Part shown: in pieces, positions 12,211 through 23,892 of the stretch | How the letters are laid out: each line of letters begins with the position of its first letter | Position numbering within the stretch: the stretch's first letter is position 1 | Source: Malacoraja senta | Lineage: Eukaryota | Assembly (NCBI GenBank): GCA_038087875.1 | Contig: CM075988.1 | Coordinates: 9,426,001 to 9,490,000, forward strand | Length of the DNA: 64,000 bases | Direction of reading: 5' to 3' | Translations under genes and position numbers: made by a program | Notes under the pieces: model-generated | The model's database searches: none | The model's input: only the letters and a program-made list of their open reading frames with translations | Told to the model about the DNA's origin: nothing

Positions 12211-13365
12211 ATTCCTCTGGTTTAAAGGGGATCTGATTCATTTCATTCTTGAAATGAATTACTGCATTTGTGGTACAAATGTTATTATGAATGCATGATT
12301 GATTATTCTCGTTCCGAGTCAATCTATGCAGTGAGAAGCCGGGATTGATCCACGGCATGAAATCACAAAGCTTTAAAATCTTCACGTAGTCACTCACGTG
12401 ACTCCGAAGTAAAATAGTAAGATTAAACGAGAACTTACCTAAGTTTGAAGTTTGATCTTTATTTTATGAGGAGTTACGTAGGTGATTACGTGCCCACCAC
12501 GACCCTACCCTCTATCATAAAGGTCAGATGGAAGTTCTTGTCTTACTCATTTTAGTATGAGACTATATTACTTCGGTTGTTGTTTTTTGTGATTTCACAC
12601 CGCTGCTTTGAAGATTGACGCGCAGGCGCACTGACGGGCTTCTTCACGTAATCACCTACGTAACTCCTCATAAAATAAAGATCAAACTTCAAACTTAGGT
12701 AAGTTCTCGTTTAATCTTACTATTTTAAATCAGAGTTTTCCCTCTCCTAGAAGGACTGACTTCCCAGGCTGACGAGCCCCATCTGCACGAGACTCGTGGG
12801 GGCGGGAGCATCTACCTTACCGTGCAGGTCTATAGCACGTGCCCATTGCCCAAATTGCCACTGCCATGTCACTGGAAAGGAAAATGAAAGATAATGGAAT
12901 TATGGCAAGAGTCACGACATTAAATATTGGCATCTTGTAACTAATGACGTTCAAGCCACCTGCGATCACTGAACTACAAGGATTGAATATGAACATTTAT
13001 TTGATGCGGTGGAAAATAAAACATACCCATTGCTTTGGTGGTGACTTTATTGCAGTCTTGTGATACAGTTTTCCTTCTGGTATCTGATTACACATTCAGT
13101 TATTCAATCATTAGTAATGCAATAATGCATTCAATTTAAAGATGCAGTATTTACCATGGTCAAGAGTTATCAATCATTAGATTAGCATTTAATTTTAAGT
13201 GGAGATCTGATAGATGTTTGATCAAGCTCTCCAATTTTCCAGTAATCTCTTTTACTTTGTTGCTAAACACTTCTGGTATCTTGGCGATAGCTTTGCGAGA
13301 GGAGAGCTACAAGACTTTAGTCAATTAAGTATGGTATTGCTGAAACCCAACAATTAAAACAGGCC

Positions 13366-13590
13366 GAAGATAGACACAAAATGCTGGAGTAACTCAGCGG
13401 GACAGGCAGCATCTCTGGAGAGAAGTAATGGGTGATGTTTCCGGTCAAGACCCTTTTCAGACTGACGAAGAGTCTCAACCCGAAACGTCACCCATTCCTT
13501 CTCTCTAGAGATGCTGTCTGTCCCGCTGAGTCACTCCTGCATTTTGTGTCTATCTTTGGTTTAAACCAGCATCTGCAGTTCCTTCCTACA
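13366..13590. mobile_element. Short palindromic Penelope pLTR-derived insertion with hammerhead-like cores
   Basis: Two inverted pLTR halves centred near 13462; perfect 15-bp direct repeat CAATTAAAACAGGCC at 13351-13365 and 13591-13605. Confidence 0.85.
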
Positions 13591-13989
13591 CAATTAAAAC
13601 AGGCCACCTTCTTGGTACTAATGACTAGTTTGATTCTCATTGCTTGCTTCGGAAAGGGCTCTCCTGAGATGAATGGGAAAAATGCATGAAATATTAGTTA
13701 TTAGCTGTATTTTATGATCAATCACCTATCTACAATTTCCTGAGTTTTAGATCAGAGATTTACTCTAACCTAAAAGCAGAGATTAGCTCTAAACTCTACA
13801 GAAGATTATCAGAACTAATCAAGTAAAAGAGACGTTCTCTAACCATACAGACTGATGAATGCAGTCGTGATGTTGACAGGGTCACGTTTTCTTTGAGTGA
13901 AACGAGAGAGGCCTTTTAAACAGGAGATTGGAAGTCCAAATTTATTTTGAAAGGAAGTGTATCATTTCCCCAACATAATACCCCATTAC

Positions 13990-14690
13990 AGGAAGGATGC
14001 GGAGGATGTGGAGTGGGTGCAGAAGTGTTTTTACCAGATTGCTGCCTGAAATAGAGATTATTACTTATAAGGAAACGTTGGACAAAATTAGATTGATTTA
14101 TCTGGCATGTTGGAAGCTGAGGGTAGACCAAATAAAAGCATATACAATTATGAGAAGCATGAGACAGTCAGAATCTTTCTCCCAGTGTGGTAATGCCAAG
14201 GACAAGAGGGCATAGCTTTAAAGTGAGAGAGACAAAGTTAAAAGGAGATGTGCAGGGCAGGTTTTTTTTCACAGAGCATGGTGGGTGCTAGAAGGTACCG
14301 CCAGAGGTGTTGGTGGAGATACAGATGATAATGGTATTTAAGAAGCTTTTGGATAGTGTAGATCATATATGCATGTGCCTTTAATATAGTGACCTCATCA
14401 CTACTAACCACTCCCCATATCACAAGTATAACTACAACCTCCCCACCCACAGATCGCTCTCTAGTTCCTGTGACAGACCACGTACAGCTAGTGCAATATG
14501 TAATGCTCCAGTATGAATAAAGATAGTAAAGTAACGATGTGTCGTTAGAGCATCTTTACAGATAGGCACATGGATATGCGGGGAATAGAGGGACATGGAT
14601 CACGTGAAGGCCAGAGGAGTATAACTTGGCATCATGCTCAGCACAGACATTTTGGGCCAAAGGGCCTGTTCTTGTACTGTACTGTACAAT
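13990..14690 (+). mobile_element. Degenerate CR1-like LINE 3' fragment (target of the Gypsy LTR)
   Basis: Typical CR1 3' sequence continuing across the LTR at GGATAG|GCACATGG. Confidence 0.7.
14357..14560 (+). repeat. Gypsy LTR in solo-LTR configuration
   Basis: TG...CA, 204 bp, flanked by 5-bp TSD GATAG (14352-14356 and 14561-14565). Confidence 0.92.
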
Positions 14691-14731
14691 GACCTAATAC
14701 CCAATCAGAGCTTAACTTGATTGGTAAGAAT

Positions 14732-16944
14732 CAAGTTCGCGTCCCGGAGGTCACCTATGTTGGACATGTATTCACCGCCGAGGGGCTGAAACCCGACCCG
14801 CAAAAAACGGCTGCCATTTCCGGATGCCTTCTCCTACTGATGTGGCAGGCCTACAACGCTTCCTGGCATGGTGAACTATCTGGGGAGTTCATCCCCGACC
14901 TCAGCGAGCTCAGCGCTCCCCTGAGGGATTTGATAAAAAAGGACACGTCCTGGGTTTGGTTCCCCCACCACCGAAAGCCTTCGACATCCTTAAATCCAAG
15001 CTAATCAGTACCCCACACTCAAGTTTTTTTGATCTGCAGCGTCCCATTGTCCTCACCTGCGACGCCTCTCAGTTCGGACTCGGTGCCGCCTGTCTCCACC
15101 TCCATGACGGCCTACAGCTGCCTGTCTCCTTCGCATCCCGCACCATGACCGCCACCGAACAGCACTACGCGCAGATCGAGAAGGAGCTACTGGCCGTGGT
15201 GTTTGCCTGCTTCAAATTCAAAGACTACGTCCTGGGCAACACTTTCACCATTGAAACTGACCACCAGCCGCTTGTCACCATTCTCAACAAATCGATCCAT
15301 GTTGCCTCATCGCGCCTGCAGCGCATGATGCTGCAGCTCCAGCGCTTCACTTTCAACGTGGTTTATCGTAAGGGCAAGGACATGTTCGTGGCCGACACGT
15401 TGTCTCGCGCCCCGCTAACGTCCACCGTTCGCCACCCCTATGAGATGTCTGATCTGATGGTGCTCCAGGTGAACATCGTCCCTTCACAGCAGATGAAGTC
15501 CCTGGTTGAACACACTGCCAATGACCCTGCCCTGCAACAGCTTTCTGCCGTCATCCAGCGGGGCTGGCCCGACCGTCGTTCCGCGTTGCCGGCTGGCGCC
15601 GTGCCCTACTTCCTGGTCCGTGACGAGCTCGTACTACACGACGGCGTGGTGGTGAAGGGTCACAAGGTGGTCGTGCCTGCTGCGCTGCACGACCACTATT
15701 TTCAGGTCGCTCACCGCGGACATCCTGGGGCCGAAGCCACCGTGTCTCACGCCCAGAGCCAGTTCTATTGGCCTGGTATGGCCCAATACATCCGGGAGTG
15801 GGTCTCCTCGTGTTCTACCTGCTACAGTCTCGCCCCCCACCAGCAGCGTCAGCCGCTTCTGCAGCAGCCTGCCCCCGAACTGCCCTGGATGGCGGTTGCC
15901 GTCGACATTTTCGAGTGGCGGGGCAAACACTTCCTGGTTGTCGTTGGCTCCTACTCCAACTGGTTCGAGGTCGACCGGCTGCACTCCCTAACCTCTTCGG
16001 CCGTCATCGACAAGTTAGGCCATCATTTTTGCACTTTTGGCCACCCGGCAAGCCTGCAGTCGGACAATGGCAGCCAGTTCACGAGCTCCGAGTTTAAAGC
16101 TTTCGCTTGCCACCATTTCACCAGCAGCCCGGAGTACCCGCAAAGCAACGGTCTGGCCGAGCGCGCCGTCCGCAGTGCAAAGAACTTGCTGGAACAATGT
16201 CGTTTGTCCAACTCCGATTTCTATCTGGCCCTCCTCAACCTCCGCAACATCTCCCGCGACTCCGCCATGGGTTCCCCTGCTCAGCGGCTCATGTCTCGCG
16301 CTACCAGACTCCCGCTCCCTGTGACCCAGTGATCCCTCATACCGTCTGTCCTCACGCCTGCTGCTGTTCAGAAACGCATTGCCTTCAGGCACGATGTCCA
16401 GAAGCATTCCCATGACAGGTCCTGCCACCCACTGCCGCGCCTTTTCCCCGGTCAAGTTGTCCGCATGCAGACCTCTTCCGGTCACTCCAAGCTCGCTACC
16501 ATCATCGGCTCTGCGGGGTCGCCCAGGTCTTATCTCGTCGACCATGCGGGAACCATTTACCGACGGTCCCGCCAGCACCTTCGGCTCGTCAACGAGCCGC
16601 GGCCGCCTGCCGCGGACCCCTTTGCTCCCCCACTGCAGTTTCCACGTCCGGGCGATGCTCTGCCCGTCCTTCCTAACATGCAACGGTCTACACCACCTCA
16701 ACTCCTTCAGTCCCACCTTACTCCGTCTAGTCCTCCCTCGCCTGCCCGCGCTCTGCCCGCCCCTGATCCCGCATCACCTCCGGTTCTGGTGCCGCGGTCT
16801 TCTCCGTCTCCTCCCGTTTCCCCCTTTTCGGTTCGTCTGTCCCCATCGGTGCCTCTTCTTCCTGCCGAAAGGGAGGATGGCGAGATGCGAACCCGGTCGG
16901 GACGTGTTGTCAAACCGCCTGTCCGCTATGGCGATTTTGTGTAA
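14732..16944 (+). pseudogene. pol: Gypsy pol fragment (frameshifts; stop at 16330-16332)
   Basis: ORFs 14717..15004, 14956..16332 and 16465..16944. Confidence 0.9.
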
Positions 16945-17217
16945 CCGTCCTAGCGCATGAGCCGTGGTCGCCCTGTCACCATTGTATTTGCCTGTCGTTT
17001 CTAAGGGGAATGATGCAGATGAGATATGCGTGTGCCTTTAATATAGTGACCTCATCACTACTAACCACTCCCCATATCACAAGTATAACTACAACCTCCC
17101 TGCCCACAGATCGCTCTCTAGTTCCTGTGACAGACCACGTACAGCTAGTGCAATATGTAATGCTCCAGTATGAATAAAGATAGTAAAGTAACGATGTGTC
17201 GTTAGAGCATCTTTACA
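14732..17217 (+). mobile_element. 5'-truncated Gypsy element: RT C-terminus, RNase H, integrase, PPT, LTR (17014-17217)
   Basis: YVGHVFTAEGLKPDP, LTCDASQFGLGA, YAQIEKELLA, ETDHQPL, HHCC (AHRGH..CSTC), DDE core; same family as 2391-3716. Confidence 0.93.
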
Positions 17218-17786
17218 GATAGGCACATGGATATGCGGGGAACAGAGGGACATGGATCACGTGAAGGCAGAGGAGTATAACTTGGCATCATGCTCAGCAC
17301 AGACATTTTGGGCCAAAGGGCCTGTTCTTGTACTGTACTGTACAATGACCTAATACCCAATCAGAGCTTAACTTGATTGGTAAGAATGACCCCTTTGGGA
17401 GTAGTAGGTTTGGCATTTCAAGTTGGAGATTGTGCTGCATCAGGTTTGCAACCTGAACTAACACCCATGGTCTAGGTCTTCCCATGCTGACCATCTGAAT
17501 GTAAAGGTCTGATCCTATTGCCCCACTCTACCCTGGAGTCTGGAGGCAGGATCTAAAAATAACAGTGGCTGTTGCAGTTTAATGCAGTACGGCCCCCAAT
17601 GTCCTCAGACAGAATGCAATCCCATGGCAGAACTTTGTCTGTCATCAAATTTCTTCATGAATTTAAAGACATAAAGTGCTGGAGTAACTCAATCATATCT
17701 CCATGCCCTAGCATGAATTGATTGACCTTGAAGCTTGTGCAGTGTACATTTATAAAACAGATTCCTGGCATGAGGGGATGGTACCC

Positions 17787-18571
17787 GGACGTGGCTTCGA
17801 AGGACGAGATGCCGAAGCGAAGAAGTGGAAGCCAAATAACCGAACGGAAACGACGCCGAAAAGCCAAATAACTGAAAGGGCGGATCGCCGAAAAGCTCCC
17901 TCACCGGGTACCCCCGAGGCCGGAGATCAGTGATCGCTCAGCCTCCCCACTTTCAAAAACGTTCCGCGGCCCCTGACTCATATCACTGAACCGACTCAGG
18001 GAGCTAAGATATTCTTTATAAAAAGTCTTTTTTTTTCCGACTTGTTTCTCGATTCACACCCACAAGGACCACTGGCCTTCAAGATGTATGGTAGTGTATT
18101 TAAATGTATTGTGGTAGTTACAATATAATTGTTACAGTTGGTGTAAATATCTATGGAACCGTTGGATTATTAATTTGTTAAATCAACCGAAAGTTCCAAT
18201 CACACGGGTTTTTAGTTTATATTCAGGAAAGTCCCAAAGCAGCAAAGGAAAATAAAAAATGACCCCCACCCTCCCGTCTCCCCCGGCCAGTGATGTGATG
18301 GACGTGGGGTTCTGGACCAATTGCTGACAAGTCCCGCCCCCCAGTGACGTCATGTCCGTTATTTGGGTTTTCGGCGATGCGTCATTCAGTTAGTTGGGCT
18401 TTTCGGCGATCCGCCCTTTCGGTGAGTTGGCTTTTCGGCGTGGTTTCCGTTCGGTGAGTTGGCTTTTCGGCGATCCGCCCATTCGGTTATTTGGCTTTTT
18501 GGCGTCGTTTCTGTTCGGTTATTTGGCTTCCACTTCTTCGCTTCGGCATCTCGTCCTTCGACACCATGCCC
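17787..18571. mobile_element. Non-autonomous foldback-type DNA element with long TIRs built of 32-bp subrepeats
   Basis: 17787-17896 is the reverse complement of ~18463-18571; GGCTTTTCGGCG-containing units repeat every 32 bp at 18360-18530. Confidence 0.7.
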
Positions 18572-18656
18572 ACACATGTGAGGGGAGTATGCTATGAGAA
18601 ATTAGGCATGGGTCTCAAATGATTCTTACCAATTCCTACAGATTCATCACAGAGAA

Positions 18657-18985
18657 CATCTTATCTGGATGACATGAATAGGCAACGTTTTAGGTTGAGG
18701 TCCATCTTCACACTGATTGTGGTTGGTAGTGGGAGAGGGGAAAGCTGGAAGAGAGGTGAGGGTAGGCCAAAGATTGGCAAGTGGTAAGTGGATACAGGTG
18801 AGGAGGCTTTCCCTGCCTCCACACCCCTTCCAGCTTTCTCCCCCACCACCGCAATCAATCTGAAGAAGGGTCCTGACCTAAAATGTCACCTAACCATTTT
18901 TCTCCAGAGATGCTACCTGACTCAGAGTTAATCCTGCACTTTGTGTCTTTTTCTATTAAACCAGTACCTGCAGTTCCTTGTTTCT
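18657..18985. mobile_element. Penelope pLTR-derived inverted pair (degenerate)
   Basis: Minus and plus copies of the CTGAAGAAGGG..GAAA.GTC motif with the pLTR tail CTGCAGTTCCT. Confidence 0.7.
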
Positions 18986-19144
18986 CTATTGGGATGTGTC
19001 ACATGTTGCTATGGCAACGCCTCTGACCATAAATACAAGAAATTGCAGAGAGCTGTGAATGCGGTAAAGTCCATCATGCAAACCAACCTTCTCCCCTCAT
19101 CCACACTGTCTATACTTCACACTGCCTTAGTAAAGCAGACAACA

Positions 19145-19420
19145 CTGTGCCTCACGGCACCAGAAACCCATGTTCGATCCTGACCACGGGTGCTGTCTGT
19201 GTGGAATATGCATATTCTCCCTGTGATCACGTGGGTTTCCTCTGGGTTCTCTGGTTTCCCCCCACATCTAAACATGCAGATTGTAAGTTGATGGGTCCTC
19301 TGTAAATTCCCCCTGTTGTGCAGGGAGTGGAGGCGAAAGTGAAACAACATAAAACTAGTGTGAATGGGCGATCCATGGACTTCAAGGCCGAGGGGTCCGT
19401 TTCCATGCTGTACCTTTGAA
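19145..19420 (+). mobile_element. HE1-like SINE nested in a LINE 3' fragment (~18990-19590)
   Basis: B-box GTTCGATCC, core and tail as in the other copies. Confidence 0.75.
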
Positions 19421-20086
19421 TTAATAATCGACTACTCACACTCCAGTCATTAATAGATTCTGCAGTTTGTTTATTTTCTCTTTTGCATGACCTGGTGCAA
19501 TTCCTGTTTGATATGATTAACCTGGATAGCATACAAAACCAAGTATTTCACTATATCTCCGTGCATATGATAATGATAAACCAATACGACTGCCTGAATG
19601 ATGGAAACATCTTATTCTATCTTCATGGGAACTGAGACTTGCATCATATTTACTTTGCAACAAATGCTTAATTTAGGACTTAGCCTGTGAATATTTCGAC
19701 AAAGTTGGGTATTTGCTGTCACCTTGACTCCACTGCCAGGCTGCTAATGATAGGTTGTTGCAGATCAGAAATTCTTATCCTCTCTATTTCTCCACGACAG
19801 AATTCTAACTCCCCGATTATTTCCTGGTCTGAAGCAAAGAACACTTGTCTTTCTGCATGTCTCGGAATGCCTGACTGCTCTGAACATCTCTAACCATTGA
19901 ATAAATCAAGTGTCGTATCTCATTCCTTTCTTGAAATGAAGACAGGCACAAATCTGTTTGCATGTGATTCACAGTGATTCCTCGTGAGTGTAGTTGAAAC
20001 ATCATAACCTCCCCTTTCCTTTAACACATACTGACTGCCTAGCTGTATGCTTCAGCCTCTAGTGCTTTTCTGTGTTATTTTTTAAT

Positions 20087-20362
20087 TTAGTTCAGTTTCG
20101 TTTAGAGATACAGCACGGAAACAGGTTCTTCGGCCCACCGAGTCCGCACCGACCAGCAATCTCCCCCGTACAATTTTTACTGAAGCCAATTATCCTACAA
20201 ACCTGTACATCTTTGGAGTGTGGGAGGAAACTGGAGCACCCAGAGAAAACCCACACGGTCACAGGGAGAACGTACAAATTCCGCACAGACAGCACCCGTG
20301 GTCAGGATTGAACCCGGATTCTCTGGCGCTGTAAGGCAGCTATTTTACCGTTGCGCCATGGC
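20087..20362 (-). mobile_element. HE1-like SINE
   Basis: Reverse complement of the 428-722 family with a (CTAAA)n-like tail. Confidence 0.85.
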
Positions 20363-21311
20363 TCAGCCCCTTTTGCCGTGTTTTTAATTTTTCAAATTAG
20401 TTTCATTGACTTTCTGAATGGTGACATAAACTGCAGTGTCACAGATTTGTGTAATTAATTTGAATTCTGAAATGAAAATGAAAGGATAATAAATCATGTG
20501 ACAACACAAAAATTGTTAAATGACCTGCTGGAAAATTAAATATTCCCAATTAACAATGGGTGATGAGACAGATTACCGAGAAAGAGCAAAGAATGCATAA
20601 AACTATTCTTCTGCTTATAATATTATTGTGAAAGATAGGTTTGACTGTTCATTTACCGCACGAGAAACCCATCTGATTCCTTTGGTCACTGTTTCTTGAT
20701 ACAAAATTGATTAAAGTTACACTTGGACAAAATGTTGTATCTAAACTCCAACACTGGATGTAGCAGGTTATTTTATCCTACAGATCGCAGTCACGTACTC
20801 AGCTCTCCCAAAGGGCCACACGTCATTCTCTTCAGGAGGCCCATCACTTGAAATTACTCACCATTCAGCGGATTGTAATCAGCCACAGGTTTGCTGCAGT
20901 TTGACTGGCAACACACTGGAGCATCACCAAACCAGTTCGGCCTCGAGAATCCTCCAGGGCAATTGTCAGTCAAAATATAACACCACATGGCAGAAAGCTT
21001 TGTATCCTGAGGGTCTCGAATGGTTTAGTGTCCTCATCAAAATGCCACGTTTTTCAATAAGAGTGTACACTTGCACTTCATCCAATTCCTGTTCAATCTA
21101 CCCCCTTTTGTGCTTTTTATTCCCCCTTAGGGAATTACGATGCATCAAGTCATCGGAGGTCTGAATTTGAGAATCCATTCAGTTCCAGCTTAACCTTTCA
21201 AGCAAGGGAAAATAATTGTGGGCCCTGCAAACACACAGCACAACTCACTCTCTCAAAGTTTTCCTATAACACACACACAAAATGCAAGTCAAATGCACAA
21301 TGCAAAATGCA

Positions 21312-21615
21312 AGGGCTGCACGGTAGAGTTGCTGCCTTGCAGCGGTTCCAGCGCCGAGTTCGATCATGACTACGGGTGCTGTCTGAACGGTGTTTGTACG
21401 TTCTCCCTGTGACTGGGGTGGGTTTACACTGAGATCTTCTGTTTCCTCCCACACTCCAAAGGTGTACAGGTATGTCAGTTAATTGGCTGGGTATGAGTGT
21501 AAAATTGTCCCAAATGTGTGCAGGACAGTGTTAATGTGCAGGGATCGCTGGTCGGCGTGGACTAGGTGGCCCGAAGGGCTTGTTTCTGCCCTGTATCTCT
21601 AAACTGAACTATACT
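21312..21615 (+). mobile_element. HE1-like SINE
   Basis: GGTAGAGTTGCTGCCTT head, B-box, core and tail. Confidence 0.82.
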
Positions 21616-21639
21616 AAAAGTCTTATTCTCAAGTCCGCA

Positions 21640-22200
21640 ATAACCAACTCGGTCCGCAATAACCAACTTGACCTCCCAGTGGCTCAGCACTTCAACTCCC
21701 CCTCCCATTCCGTATCTGACCTCTCCGTCCTGTGTCTCCTCCATGGCCACAGCGAGCAACACCGTAAATTGGAGCAAATGCACCTCATATTCCGCTTGGG
21801 CAGTCTACATCCTGGGAGCTTGAACATTGAATTCTCCCAATTCTGCTAGCCCTTGCTGTCCCCTCCCCTTCATCAGCCCTCTGGTTGTCTCCTCCCCTCC
21901 CCCAGCCCTCGGGCTCCTCCTCCGCCTTTTTCCTTTTTTCCTTTCTTCTCCCCACCCCCTATCAGTCTGAAGAAGGGTTTCGGCCCGAAACGTTGCCTAT
22001 TTCCTTCGCTCCATAAATGCTGCTGCACCCGCTGAGTTTCTCCAGCATTTTTGTGTACCAGTCTTATTCTCAAGATGGGTTCCAACCTGCAACATCACCT
22101 ATTCATTTTCTCCGGAGATGCTGCCTGCCTCGCTGCATTACTCCAGCACTTTGTGTCTACCTTCGGTTTAAACCAGCATCTGCAGTTCCTTCCTCCACAG
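21640..22200 (+). mobile_element. Penelope 3' fragment (GIY-YIG C-terminus and pLTR) followed by a second pLTR piece
   Basis: VRNNQLDLPVAQHFNS..RKLEQMHLIFRLGSLHPGSLNIEFS; homologous to 5620-6030. Confidence 0.88.
21960..22000 (+). ncRNA. Putative minimal type I hammerhead ribozyme core in the Penelope pLTR
   Basis: CTGAAGA-AGGG(TTTCGG)CCC-GAAA-CGTT at 21967-21994, i.e. CUGANGA / helix II / GAAA / palindromic ACGT / UH. Confidence 0.65.
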
Positions 22201-22649
22201 TCATATTCAATATATATTTACTGATAAATATTTACTGATAAATAACTTCCATGGGGTCAGAATGTTGCTGCTTTCAGAGAGGATCATGTGAGATATTGTG
22301 TTTGGTTAAAGGTTTCAGCTCCTGTGCTACAGTGTCTGATTTTGGCTCGGTGTAGTTCAACTATATTAATGGGATTCAACTGCAATGGGCCAAGCTAATG
22401 TTCATTCTGATGCACTGGGTAAGCTCACAATGAACAGCACCTTGTATGACATATAGAAATATTCCACAGCTCACCTCAGCACTTGCTTATCATTCCCTCC
22501 TGTCACAGAAACTGATTGGCACATTTTATTTTCCAACAAACGGGTAAAATACATTTTAATGTATTTTGCACGGAACCAGAATGAAGAGATAGAATACTCA
22601 CCCAGTGAAAAAAATGGTGAAATGGCAAACATATAATCGCCTCATTATA

Positions 22650-23575
22650 TTTAGTATAGTTTAGATATACAGCGTGGAAACAGGCCCTTCTACCCACTGG
22701 GTCCACGCTGACCAACGATTATCCGTACCCATGTCCCGGGGAACCACGCACATGGCGGAAGTGTCCCGGGGAGCCGTGCGGGCCCGATCCTCCGAAAAAC
22801 CGCGTCACTGACCAGAACGCGCCCCGGTAGGCCCGACTTGCCCCACAGGCTTCCCAGGGACTGCGGTGAAGTCAGGCGGCAAAGCCTGTCTGGGACGAAG
22901 GAGCCTCAGCGGCGTCGATTGGAGTCTCAGCGGTGGCAGCAGGTGCCTCGACGGCAGAGTGAGCCTCGATGGCAACATGAGCCTCGACGGCAACATGAGC
23001 CTCAGTGGCAGCAGGGACCTCGGCGACAATAGGAGCCTCGGCGGTGGTGGGGCCTCGGCGGCAACAGGAGCCTCAGTGGCGGCAGGAACCTCGGCGGCGG
23101 TGGGGCCTTGTGATTGACCCATGATCAGCGGTCGATGAGTGTGAGGGGGAGGGGAAGGGGAAGGCAATTGGGAACCGACGTGGGGGTACTGCAGTGAAGA
23201 ACAATGGATGACCTGGTGTGGTGCAGTGGATGGGGCACTCTAGTTTAGAATCCTCTGCCCAGGGAATAAGTCTGTGATTGTTTGTTTGTTAATTTGTTCC
23301 GGTGAAGGCGCTGTGCACACGGCAGCCAGACAACAGTCGCTTGTCTTTTTCTTTTTGTTTTCAACTTTAATTTAATTTTTAATTTCAACTTTTCATGTAC
23401 CTTGTTGTTTATTGTGACTGTTGACAACCAATTTCCCACCGGGGATGAATAAACTTTTATCGTATCGTATCGTTCACCAGATCTATGTTATCCCGGTTTT
23501 GCATCCTACATACTAGGGACAACTTACAGAAGCCAATTTACCTATAAACCTGCACATCTTTATGAGTGTGGAATG
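22650..23575 (-). mobile_element. HE1-like SINE (22650-22730 and 23474-23575) interrupted by a GC-rich non-autonomous retroelement (22731-23473, +)
   Basis: SINE halves rejoin; the insert has ~18-21-bp GAGCCTCG.CGGCA repeats and an AATAAA-(TATCG)n tail. Confidence 0.65.
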
Positions 23576-23892
23576 TCACTAGTCCCACTTTCCCAAGTTA
23601 GGCCCTTTATCCCTCTCAACCTTTCCTATCCATGTACCCGTCCAAATGCCTTTATGGGGTAACGTCACTATCTGTGTAAGGAAATAGTACTTTCCAATGT
23701 GTGAACATTGAAAAATGGCCAGAAGACAAGCAGGCAAATCTGATAAACTACTATAGTCCTGGGATTTCTGTGCTATCCTTTTCAATAGGGCTGGTGAATG
23801 GATCTCCCTGGCTGCTTGTATCTCATGCCAGTGTTTTTCAGTGGGTTGGTCACTTGGCCTTGAGTCAGAGGTTCAAATCCACCTCCAGACTG

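Larger units (their letters stand above)
7934..12727 (+). mobile_element. Full-length, decayed DIRS1-like tyrosine-recombinase retrotransposon
   Basis: Left ITR 7934-7995, right ITR 12616-12727, internal complementary region 12379-12492; gag-RT-RH-MT-YR ORF remnants in the expected order. Confidence 0.95.
7632..12850 (-). mobile_element. Non-autonomous RTE-related element (7632-7933 and 12728-12850) split by the DIRS insertion
   Basis: Minus strand reads GGGCTCGTCAGCCTGGGAAG..CTAGGAGAGGGAAAACTCTGATT, an RTE 5'UTR-type motif; the halves rejoin at ATTTTA. Confidence 0.55.

Noticed and set aside
18360..18530. Regularly spaced 32-bp repeats resembling a CRISPR array
   Set aside because: No unique spacers, eukaryotic context, and the repeats belong to a transposon TIR
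20862..21006. Possible minus-strand exon (CAG|...|GTGAGT, open frame DTKLSAMWCYILTDNCPGG...)
   Set aside because: Good donor but no polypyrimidine tract, no recognisable protein and no partner exons
22805..23167. Pro/Leu repeat ORF
   Set aside because: Arises from 18-21-bp GC-rich tandem repeats inside a non-autonomous retroelement
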